NCBI GenBank assembly: GCA_965233585.1
Contig: CBDDTI010000102.1
Location: 1 to 47,711 of the forward strand
Source of the DNA: a bacterium
GTDB taxonomy: Bacteria > SAR324 > NAC60-12
DNA length: 47,711 nucleotides
Direction of reading: 5' to 3'
This document shows positions 1-10,283 of the stretch, one piece after another. Both the position numbers and the translations under genes were made by a program. Within the stretch, counting starts at the first letter, position 1. Every line of letters starts with the position of its first letter. The notes below the pieces were generated by a model, which worked only from the letters and a program-made list of their open reading frames with translations, was not told where the DNA came from and ran no database searches.

Positions 1-20
1 TCTTGTGCTCAGGCTTCAAA

Positions 21-1328
21 TTACTCAATCTCCTCCTCAACAGTGACCTCCACCATCTCAGAAGACTGCTGAGGCTCTTCAAGTCTTGCCTTCTTGGTGG
101 CTGGACCACAAGACTCAAACTCAGCACTGGCAGCCTCAGAAGGAACTGCAGCTTCAGGCTTGCTGGCACCAGGAGGCTCAGGAACTTGATCTTCAGGAAT
201 TGGCTTCTTACCATCTTTCTGCCTTTTCTGATGCAGCTCCAGCAAAGCCTCAGGGCTCAGACCAATAGCATCCATCTGACTGAGAATCTGCTGAGCCTGC
301 TCTTCTTTTAGCTTCCTCAGTTCCTCCTGAGCCTGTGCCATCTCTTCCTCCTTCTTCTGAGCCACTCTAGCATCAACCCTTTCCTGAGCTTCAATGGTGC
401 CAAGCCTGAGCTCAATCAAGGCAGCTTGCTCCTTAGACATCTTGTCAGCATCTTGCAGGAGCATAGTCATAGTCTCATCCTGAGCTGCATAGGCTTTGTC
501 AATGAGCATAAGCCTCTTAGAGATGATGTCTCTCAGTCCCTCCAAATCTGAGAGATCAGAACCCTCCAAGTCCATTGCCAGATGCTGAGAGATGGCATCT
601 GCCATGCTGTTCTGAGGGTCAATATGAGCAAGAATTGACTTGCAATACCCCCCAGCAAAGAAGGGCTGAGCCTTCTCAGCACCTGCAGCCTCAAGTAACT
701 GCTCAGGTTCAACATCTTGAGGTGACTGAGAATGTTCAGCACCTTGAAGTTGCTGACAACAAGGAGGCTCAGCAGGCTCAGCTGGCCTCTGCTTGTGCTG
801 AAACTGAGCTGCCCCAAAAGATTCTGAGACAAACTTCTGCCAAGGCAATGGGGTCATGTTGAGAATCACCTGATAATACTGAGCAATGACTCTCTGAGGC
901 CACCCATTGACATCCTGCAAGGTTGCAAAAGATGTGAAGAAAACTTTCAATCAGATATTAAAACTTAGTAATTAATATTTTTTCAATTAATCAATTAATT
1001 GATGAAGGCCATGCACCCATGCTCAGAGACACAAAGAACAAATGCATGCACACATGTTCAAACCCATGTCCTTGCAGTCTTTGCACCCATTCTGAAATGG
1101 GATCCTGCTGAGTTTCACCTTAGCATTGCACCCAGGACAAGCAACATCAGGCTCTCCATCATAGCGAGGGTAGCTGATGATCCTCTCAGGGTTTGATCCC
1201 TGAGCAAAGAGGTCATCCACTGAGGGAAAGCTTTGTGGAATGAGCTTGAGCTGAGCATGGCCACCCTTGACAGTAAATTCCATGCCAGATGGAACTAATT
1301 CTGAGTGATCCTTAGTGTTCCTTGCCAT
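21..1328 (-). CDS. Two-exon unknown protein, family A (exon 1 1328-1119 'MARNTKD..CPGCNAK', GT-AG intron 1118-915, exon 2 914-21 coiled-coil/acidic), ~367 aa predicted
   Basis: The 101-aa ORF has AAG|GTGAAACTCAG right after CPGCNAK. The 309-aa ORF (TTG start only) has TTTTGCAACCTTGCAG|GAT. Both sites are phase 0, and the intervening 204 nt include an AT-rich ATTAAT tract. ATG context is CTGAGCCATGG. Confidence 0.6.
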
Positions 1329-1859
1329 GGCTCAGTTGCTGAGTTGCAGCTGGCTGAGTTGAAAGGCAAATAGGCTCACCATGTGCTTGAGTTCACTAAT
1401 CAGCTGAGGAATCACATAAGCACAAGTCCAAGACCATGGGCACAAGTCCAAGACCATGGGCAAGCTGAGAGCCAACCCCACACCCCCAGAACCAACCCTG
1501 AGTCCTCTCTAAGCATTGCCATCATTCTGAGCATCTTCTAAGCCACATCTCTGATTGTTCTCTGTGAGCATCTTCTAAGCCACACCCTCAGGTCCTGCCA
1601 GGGGAAAAATATAAGGACAAGGTCAACTACATGGGCACTGAACCAAGATGAACCATCAATTAATTAATTACAATGTATTAATTACAAGTAGTTCTTGTGA
1701 AACTAGTTCAAAAAAAACAATGGCAACAACAACAGAACCACCTCAGCCCATCAAATGCATTTTTCCACTGCCAGCTGCTTGTCATGGCATGTGATGACAC
1801 AACTCAGTCTGAGCTGAGATATTGCAAAGCATTCCTAAGTCTTGTGCTCAGGCTTCAAA

Positions 1860-3154
1860 TTACTCAATCTCCTCCTCAACAGTGACCTCCACCATCTCAG
1901 AAGACTGCTGAGGCTCTTCAAGTCTTGCCTTCTTGGTGGCTGGACCACAAGACTCAAACTCAGCACTGGCAGCCTCAGAAGGAACTGCAGCTTCAGGCTT
2001 GCTGGTACCAGGAGACTCAGAAACTTGATCTTCAGGAATTGGCTTCTTACCATCTTTCTGCCTTTTCTGATGCAGCTCCAGCAAAGCCTCAGGGCTCAGA
2101 CCAATAGCATCCATCTGACTGAGAATCTGCTGAGCCTGCTCTTCTTTTAGCTTCCTCAGTTCCTCCTGAGCCTGTGCCATCTCTTCCTCCTTCTTCTGAG
2201 CCACTCTAGCATCAACCCTTTCCTGAGCTTCAATGGTGTCAAGCCTGAGCTCAATCAAGGCAGCTTGCTCCTTAGACATCTTGTCAGCATCTTGCAGGAG
2301 CATAGTCATAGTCTCATCCTGAGCTGCATAGGCTTTGTCAATGAGCATAAGCCTCTTAGAGATGATGTCTCTCAGTCCTCCAAATCTGAGAGATCAGAAC
2401 CCTCCAAGTCCATTGCCAGATGCTGAGAGATGGCATCTGCCATGCTGTTCTGTGGGTCAATATGAGCAAGAATTGACTTGCAATACCCCCCAGCAAAGAA
2501 GGGCTGAGCCTTCTCAGCACCTGCAGCCTCAAGTAACTGCTCAGGTTCAACATCTTGAGGTGACTGAGAATGTTCAGCACCTTGAAGTTGCTGACAACAA
2601 GGAGGCTCAGCAGGCTCAGCTGGCCTCTGCTTGTGCTGAAACTGAGCTGCCCCAAAAGATTCTGAGACAAACTTCTGCCAAGGCAATGGGGTCATGTTGA
2701 GAATCACCTGATAATACTGAGCAATGACTCTCTGAGGCCACCCATTGACATCCTGCAAGGTTGCAAAAGATGTGAAGAAAACTTTCAATCAGATATTAAA
2801 ACTTAGTAATTAATATTTTTTCAATTAATCAATTAATTGATGAAGGCCATGCACCCATGCTCAGAGACACAAAGAACAAATGCATGCACACATGTTCAAA
2901 CCCATGTCCTTGCAGTCTTTGCACCCATTCTGAAATGGGATCCTGCTGAGTTTCACCTTAGCATTGCACCCAGGACAAGCAACATCAGGCTCTCCATGAT
3001 AGCGAGGGTAGCTGATGATCCTCTCAGGGTTTGATCCATCACCAAAGATGTCATCCACTGAGGGAAAGCTTGGCCAACTGAGTTTGAGCTGAGCATGGCC
3101 ACCTCTGATAGTATAATCCATGCCATCTGGGACTGAGTCAGAGAGCTTTGCCAT
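1860..3154 (-). pseudogene. Family A copy ('MAKLSDS' exon-1 variant) with a 1-nt deletion frameshift in exon 2
   Basis: Copy of 21-1328 at offset +1838. CC at 2377-2378 versus CCC at 538-540 splits exon 2 into the 138-aa and 162-aa ORFs. Could be a sequencing error. Confidence 0.6.
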
Positions 3155-3220
3155 GGCTCAGTTGCTGAGTTGCAGATGGCTGAGCTGGAAGGCAAAAAGT
3201 TGACTATGTGCTTGAGTTCA

Positions 3221-3508
3221 CTAAGCAGCTGAGGAATCACACAAGCATGCATTCCTGCACAAATTTGAGCACAAGTCCAAGACCATGGGCAAGCTGAGAA
3301 CCAACCCCACACCCCCAAAACCAACCCTGAGTCCTCTGTCAGCATTGCCACCCTTCTGATGCTTCTCCTTCTCAGAGTCTTCCTTATCCTTCTTCTTCTT
3401 CTCAGTGTACTCCCTCAGGGCTTCAATGGCCCACCCTACATCGAAGCCATTCTCTTCAAGGAATCTGAGCACTCTTTCATGAAACTCCTCAGGTGTCTCA
3501 TCTGCCAT
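3221..3508 (-). CDS. Small ORF MADETPEE..., N-terminal part resembles a UBA-like helical motif followed by a Lys tract; true 3' end uncertain
   Basis: Same CTGAGCCATGG start context as the family A genes. FLEENGFDVGWAIEAL resembles the UBA-like 'LExxxWDxxxA' pattern. Open in all three copies. Confidence 0.4.
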   Translation of the reverse strand: MADETPEEFHERVLRFLEENGFDVGWAIEALREYTEKKKKDKEDSEKEKHQKGGNADRGLRVGFGGVGLVLSLPMVLDLCSNLCRNACLCDSSAA

Positions 3509-3581
3509 GGCTCAGAAAGCTTCTTAAACTAGGAATTGAGCCCACACAAGCTGAGAAATGCACCCTTGCTGATGTGAACAG

Positions 3582-6500
3582 CAATTTTTCAAGGTGATAC
3601 CTCATGATTGGCTCAGTTACTCAATAATATGAATGTTTGGATGGTACTCTATTGTGCCCAACAGCTTCTTGGTGTTGAAAAAAATCAAAAACCATTTCTC
3701 CACCTTTCTCTGAGTAAAGCTGGTCCATTTACTTTATAATATTTGTGATAAAGCTTTAAAATGCAAGGTTTTCCAAATAATTAGATGCCTTATTAAACCC
3801 TTATTAAAAAACAGCACTCAGACAATTTTTCAAGGTGGTACCTCATGAGTGGCTCAGTTACTCAATAATATAATTGTTTGGATGGTACTCTATTGTGAGC
3901 ACCAACTTGTGGGAGTGAAAAAAAAAACAAAACCCTTTCTCCACCTTTCTTTGGGTAAAGCTGGTCCTTTTACTTTAGAAAGCCATATTTATGTTAAAGC
4001 TTTAAAATGCAAGGTTTCCCAAATAATTAGATGCCTTATTAAACCCTTATTAAAAAACAGCACTCAGACAATTTTTCAAGGGGGTACCTCATGAGTGGCT
4101 CAGTTACTCAATAATATAATTGTTTGGATGGTACCCTATTGTGAGCACCAACTTTTTGGAGTGAAAAAAAACAAAACCCTTTCTCCACATTTCTTCGGGT
4201 AAAGCTGGTCCTTTTACTTTAGAAAACCATATTTGTGTTCAAGCTTTAAAATGCAAGGTTTCCCAAATAATTAGATGCCTTATTAAACCCTTATTAAAAA
4301 ACAGCACCCAAACAATTTTTCAAGGGGATACCTCATGATTGGCTCAGTTACTCAATAATATAATTGTTTGGATGGTACTCTATTGTGAGCACCAACTTTT
4401 GGGAGTGAAAAAAAAGCAAAACCCTTTCTCCATCTTTCTTTGGGTAAAGCTGATCCTTTCACTTTAGAAAGCCATATTTGTGTTAAAACTTTAAAATGCA
4501 AGGCTTTCCAAATAATTAGATACCTGAAAAAACCATAATTGGCTCAGTTACTCAATAATATAATTGTTTGGATGGTACTCTATTGTGAGCACCAACTTGT
4601 GGGAGTGAAAAAAGAAAAACAAAACCCTTTCTCCACCTTTCTTTGAGTAAATCTGGTGCCTTTACTTCAGAAAGCTATATTTGTGTTAAAGCTTTAAAAT
4701 GCAAGGTTTTCCAAATAATTAGATGCCTTATTAAACCCTTATTAAAAAACAACACCCAGACAATTTTTCAAGGGGATACCTCATGATTGACTCAGTTACT
4801 CAATAATATAATTGTTTGGATGGTACTCTATTGTGAGCACCAACTTGTGGGAGTTAAAAAAACAAAACCCTTTCTCCACCTTTCTTTGGGTAAAGCTGGT
4901 CCTTTTACTTTAGAAAGCCATATTCGTGTTAAAACTTTAAAATGCAAGGTTTTCCAAATAATTAGATACCTGAAAAAACCATAATTGGCTCAGTTACTCA
5001 ATAATATAATTGTTTGGATGGTACTCTATTGTGAGCACCAACTTTTTGGAGTGAAAAAAAGCATTAAAACCCTTTCTCCACCTTTCTTTGGGTAAAGCTG
5101 GTGCCTTTACTTTAGAAAGCTATATTTGTGTTAAAACTTTAAAATGCAAGGATTTCCAAATAATTAGGTACCTGAAAAAACCATAATTGGCTCAGTTACT
5201 CAATAATATAATTGTTTGGATGGTACTCTATTGTGAGCACCAACTTGTGGGAGTGAAAAAAAACAAAACCCTTTCTCCAACTTTCTTTGAGTAAATCTGG
5301 TGCCTTTACTTCAGAAAGCCATATTTATGTTAAAGCTTTAAAATGCAAGGTTTTCCAAATAATTAGATGCCTTATTAAACCCTTATTAAAAAACAGCACC
5401 CAGACAATTTTTCAAGGGGATACCTCATGATTGACTCAGTTACTCAATAATATAATTGTTTGGATGGTACTCTATTGTGAGCACCAACTTGTGGGAGTGA
5501 AAAAAACAAAACCCTTTCTCCACCTTTCTTTGGGTAAAGCTGATGCCTTTACTTTAGAAAGCCATATTTGTGTTAAAACTTTAAAATGCAAGGTTTTCCA
5601 AATAATTAGATACCTGAAAAAACCATAATTGGTTCAGTTACTCAATAATATAATTGTTTGGATGGTACTCTATTGTGAGCACCAACTTTTGGGAGTGAAA
5701 AAAAACATTTTCTTCACCTTTCTTTGGGTAAAGCTGATGCCTTTACTTTAGAAAGCCATATTTGTGTTAAAACTAAAATGCAAGGTTTTCCAAATAATTA
5801 GATGCCTTATTAAATCCTTATTAAAAAACAGCACCCAGACAATTTTTCAAGGGGATACCTCATGATTGGCTCAGTTACTCAATAATATAATTGTTTGGAT
5901 GGTACTCTATTGTGAGCACCAACTTTTGGGAGTTATAAAAAAAACAAAACCCTTTCTCCACCTTTCTTTGGGTAAATCTGGTGCCTTTACTTTAGAAAGC
6001 CATATTTGTGTTAAAGCTTTAAAATGTAAGGTTTTCCAAATAATTAGATGCCTTATTAAACCCTTATTTAAAAACAGCACCCAGACAATTTTTCAAGGGG
6101 ATACCTCATGATTGGCTCAGTTACTCAATAATATAATTGTTTGGATGGTACTCTATTGTGAGCACCAACTTTTGGGAGTGAAAAAAAAATTTCTCCACCT
6201 TTCTTTGGGTAAAGCTGGTCCTTTCACTTTAGAAAGCCATATTTATGCTAAAGCTTTAAAATGCAAGGTTTTCCAAATAATTAGATGCCTTATTAAACCC
6301 TTATTAAAAAACAGCACTCAGACAATTTTTCAAGGGGGTACCTCATGAGTGGCTCAGTTACTCAATAATATAACTGTCTGGATGGTACTCTATTGTGAGC
6401 ACCAAGTTTTTGGAGTAAAAAAAACATTTCTCCACCTTTCTTTGGGTAAAGCTGGTCCTTTTACTTTAGAAAGCTAATTTATGCTAAAGCTTTAAAATGC

Positions 6501-6660
6501 AAGGTTTTCCAAATAATTAGATGCCTTATTGAACCCTTATTAAAAAACAGCACTCAGACAATTTTTCAAGGGGGTACCTCATGAGTGGCTCAGTTACTCA
6601 ATAATATAATTGTTTGGATGGTACTCTATTGTGAGCACCAACTTTTGGGAGTGAAAAAAA
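3582..6660. repeat. Satellite array 1, ~13 monomers of ~244 bp (long) and ~200 bp (short)
   Basis: Tandem recurrence of TGGCTCAGTTACTCAATAATATAATTGTTTGGATGGTACTCTATTGTGAGCACCAAC. Short monomers end in GATACCTGAAAAAACCATAA. The first monomer is divergent. Confidence 0.97.
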
Positions 6661-7434
6661 TAAAAATAAATTAAAAGTAAATTGAAATCAATTGAAAGTA
6701 AATTGAAAGTAAATTAAAAGTAAATTGAAATCAATTGAAAGTAAATTGAAATCAATTGAAAGTAAATTAAAAGTAAATTAAAATCAATTGAAAGTAAATT
6801 GAAATCAATTGAAAGTAAATTAAAAGTAAATAGAAAGTAAATTGAAAGTAAATTGAAAGTAAATTAAAAGTAAATTGAAATCAATTGAAAGTAAATTGAA
6901 ATCAATTGAAAGTAAATTAAAAGTAAATAGAAATCAATTGAAAGTAAATTGAAATCAATTGAAAGTAAATTGAAAGTAAATTGAAAGTAAATTGAAAGTA
7001 AATTAAAAGTAAATTGAAATCAATTGAAAGTAAATTGAAATCAATTGAAAGTAAATTAAAAGTAAATTGAAATCAATTGAAAGTAAATTGAAATCAATTG
7101 AAAGTAAATTAAAAGTAAATTGAAAGTAAATTGAAAGTAAATTGAAAGTAAATTGAAATCAATTGAAAGTAAATTAAAAGTAAATTGAAATCAATTGAAA
7201 GTAAATTGAAAGTAAATTAAAAGTAAATTAAAAGTAAATTGAAATCAATTGAAAGTAAATTGAAATCAATTAAAAGTAAATTAAAAGTAAATTGAAAGTA
7301 AATTGAAAGTAAATTGAAATCAATTGAAAGTAAATTAAAAGTAAATTGAAATCAATTGAAAGTAAATTAATTAATTAAAAGTAAATTGAAATCAATTGAA
7401 AGTAAATTGAAATCAATTGAAAGTAAATTGAAAT
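6661..7434. repeat. AT-rich minisatellite built from 11-bp AAAGTAAATT(G/A) and 10-bp AAATCAATTG units
   Basis: About 770 bp made almost entirely of these two units, read directly. Confidence 0.97.
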
Positions 7435-7504
7435 CCTTTCTTAAGTTGATTGACCAAAAAATGTTGAGGGGGGGCAAAAAAAAGTGCGAGTTATAGAGTA
7501 TCCT

Positions 7505-7541
7505 CAAATTGTTTGGGGGGGGCCCCCCTCACACTAATCAG
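7505..7541 (+). other. Putative mobile-element terminus: G8C6 palindrome followed by TCACACTAATCAG
   Basis: AAATTGTT...hairpin...CCTCACACTA(A/G)TCAG recurs at 17360-17394 and 43920-43954. This copy sits at the switch from CpG-poor to CpG-rich DNA. Confidence 0.45.
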
Positions 7542-7616
7542 ATGCAAACATTAAGAGCTTTCATGGAATTTGTAACGGTTCGTTGTCATCCTGAGTTATC
7601 TAAAATCTGGTCTAAG

Positions 7617-8423
7617 GAGAAAACCTTTGAGCAACTGGTGACCGAGTTTTTGGGAAGAGAGGGCCAGCCCTTGCACTTGAAACCAGAATGTTTTGCCATC
7701 AGTGAGCCTGATGAACTGGAGCGTATCTGGGGTGTTCCAAAGCCTAGTGAAATGCACCTCCCAGAGCTACATTCTCAGAGATTTCAATTGTCTTGCGCAG
7801 CTATGTGTTTAGTCTTTTTCCCATCCCATTAAGATGTCGGTGAATGATTTCAACTAAGGTCCATGCAGAAATCCTTGCAAGGATACCGCCAACAGTTTCC
7901 CAATAAGAACATCTTTGACTTGTCACAGAACCCCCGGACCTATGGCCGGACAGACCTCAAAGACCACTCTATGCCGACTCTGGCTCGCAGTAGCCGACAT
8001 CTATGGCTCCTAGTCCCCAACTAGTTCTTGATTTCCGATCCTTTCCCAACTTCCGGTCCTTGACTTCCGTCCTTGCCCAACGTGCTCAGGTCAGAACCTT
8101 TGGGCCGGTGCTACACTGGTCGAGAGAAGCTTTTGAGTTTGGGGATGCCAGTATGGGGGCCTTATGCCGAAGCTGCTGGGGTGGAGGGGCCCTCAGCATA
8201 GTATCAGCATAGAAACAAATTATATTTTTTTTACAATTGGTTGATACCCAGTCTTATATAATTCACTATGAGTTCAAAAGCTGAGGACCGGGTTGACCTA
8301 GCCGATGATGGCACTTTCAGTGAGTCATGCCTTACCTCCATGACGGGCAACGCAATGCATTTACCAAGCGTTGGACTTTCAATGCTTGTCTCCAAATTGT
8401 GTGTCAAGAAAAATTCGAAGTGA
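7617..8423 (+). pseudogene. 5'-truncated, intron-containing C5 cytosine DNA methyltransferase gene, C-terminal half (exons 7617-7765, 7859-8005, 8090-8180/8183, 8286-8423)
   Basis: Spliced translation: EKTFEQLV...HLPESMQKSLQGYRQQFPNKNIFDLSQNPRTYGRTDLKDHSMPTLARSSRHLWSEPLGRCYTGREKLLSLGMPVWGPYAEAAG(V)DRVDLADDGTFSESCLTSMTGNAMHLPSVG...KNSK*. RCYTGREKLLSLGMP matches motif IX and GNAM matches motif X. All acceptors are AG|G and phases are consistent. Motifs I, IV, VI and VIII were not found upstream. Confidence 0.78.
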
Positions 8424-9003
8424 TATATACGTGCGCAACATTTCTCATGGTTGCATTAAACAACCTGCGGTGGAAGCTGGAGATAAAAAATGATGGGGTC
8501 CAGGGTTTTTGTTGTTTAGCTTGAGATGTTGTCCCCACTTCCTCATCGGAACTGTGCAAAGGATTGAACCCAATTTTTTTACCCTTACACGCAATTCCTT
8601 ACCCGCACAGTGGCATGTTGGAGGCAGTTTGCTGCGCGCCTCTGCTGTGCGGAGCAACTGCTGGGCCAGGGGGCCTGGCGCAGACGGGACAGGAAAGAGG
8701 GAACCTGAACTTTCAACATGTGGATTTATTTTCTTGTTTATTTCTGATTGCATCAGTCCGTCACGTTTGAATACCTATCCATCCGCAATCTGTTAATTTC
8801 AGGGTTCAAGAAATAAAAGTTAGCTGGCAGATTGAACTGTAGAAAACATAAGGAATAAACACTCACATGGCATTGCTGAACACAAATTGCACTTAGCCAA
8901 GGCTTCACGTCACTATGTTTCAGTCTCATATAAGACATAGAATTTCATTCCTAGTAGTGACCAAATGATATCAAATAACATGCTTACGTAAAACAACAAC
9001 ACG

Positions 9004-10263
9004 TTAATATAATAGTTCATTCTTGTCCAGCTGGTCCTTGGCAGTCTGGTAGGCAGCTGAGGTGATGTCAGTCAGCTTGCTCAGCTTTTTCTCAGCCTTG
9101 CTTTTTTGCTGGGCAATGCCAGCCATTTGAGACTCAAGCTTAGCATGTCTGATTTTGGCATCTTCACTGAGAGCATTTGCATGAGCCAGCAGCTTAGGCA
9201 CAATAGTGACCAACCTGAGTTTCCAATCTTTCCAGCCATCCTCAGGCCAGACTGAAGGCCACTCACCCCTGAAAAGCCTCAGCTCTTCCTCCATGTAATG
9301 CAGCACATAGCAGCCACAAGCATTGCTGCCCACAGGCTGAGTGGCAATGTTGCTGGGGGGGGAGATTGAAATCAGGGTCAATCAACTGGCCCATGAAGAT
9401 CTGCTGAGGATGAGATTCTTCATGCTCTTTGCTGAGGGAGTCATACCTCCTCCAAGTGATGGGTTGCCCAGGCCCTGCCCTCTGAGCTGCCAGTAAGGTC
9501 CAATGAAACTGAGAATACACTGGAACCAAAAGAAGCTTGCAGTGCTGAGACCAGCTTTTCTTGATGCCTTCCTTGAAGCCATCCAGCTGCTCAGGGTTGC
9601 CATCATTTTCAAGGATCAGCTTGCTGAGGATTGGGTCCACACAGTGAACTCCTAAGACTTCTGGGAGGGCAACATTAGCCTTGTCAAAGCACCATCTGAG
9701 AAGGGCCCAGCCAAGCCAAAGGTGCTGATCCTCCATCTCAGGGATTTCCTTAGGGCATGGGATCACTGAGTGGATACTCCACTCCTTTGGGCTCAAGCCA
9801 ACCTCATCTTCAGGATTGCAGCTCAGCTGGCTCAGCATGAGGCTGAGATCTCTCTTGCTGAGCTGGGTCCACTTAGGCCACTTCACCTTCAGAACTTTAG
9901 CCTTAGAGCTCTTGATCTCCACCCATTCAGGCTCAACATGATATGCACCTGAGTCAGTCACACAGATGTATGTAGCTGGTGTGCTGCCATAAGTGAGCTT
10001 GCCATGCTTGCCAAAGCTGAGCCTGCCTGCTGCTTCTGAAACAATCACAACTTCTTGATTGAAAAGAGGATCATCAAATTCAATTTCAGCAGGTGGTGCT
10101 TGCTCAGGTGGAGGCAATGGTGGTTTCTCAGAAAGGTCCTGCTTGGAGCCAGCCTTGACTAAGGCTTTAGCTGAAGCTTGTTTTTCAGCTTTTTTCTTCA
10201 AGCTCTTGAGCTTAGCTGAGGGCTTGGTCTTGCAGGAAGCTTTGTTCTTGATGGAAGCTTTGA
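9004..10263 (-). pseudogene. Ulp1/C48 SUMO-protease domain region, frameshifted at a G8 run (9355-9362); probable C-terminal part of the transposase ORF
   Basis: LLLVPVYSQFHWTLL (His codon 9503-9505), RRYDSL (Asp 9440-9442) and TQPVGSNACGCYVLHYME (Gln, Cys 9316-9318) give the H-D-(Q)-C order of peptidase C48. Removing one G joins the 312-aa and 125-aa ORFs. Confidence 0.85.
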
Positions 10264-10283
10264 AGGCTAGGCTGAGTTTTTTC

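Noticed and set aside
1023..1118. Cys-rich zinc-finger tail (GCKDCKDMGLNMCACICSLCL) of the 97/101-aa ORFs
   Set aside because: It lies after a strong GT donor, so it is more likely intron read-through rich in TG dinucleotides. Cannot be fully excluded without cDNA.
3..3034. Plus-strand ORFs (MCSGFK.., MPSWWL.., MPDAER.., MMKAMH.., MKLVQK..) and their copies
   Set aside because: Antisense shadows of the minus-strand genes or of intergenic DNA, with no recognisable features.
6661..7434. Telomeric repeat
   Set aside because: The units lack G-runs and do not resemble TTTAGGG-type telomeres.
7509..8524. ORFs 7509-7832, 8003-8212 and 8327-8524 as independent genes
   Set aside because: Better explained as an exon read-through or wrong-frame overlaps of the spliced methyltransferase fragment.
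8445..8938. Short ORFs around a GC-rich patch at ~8620-8700
   Set aside because: Could be an exon of a neighbouring gene, but I found no motif or consistent splice model to support it.
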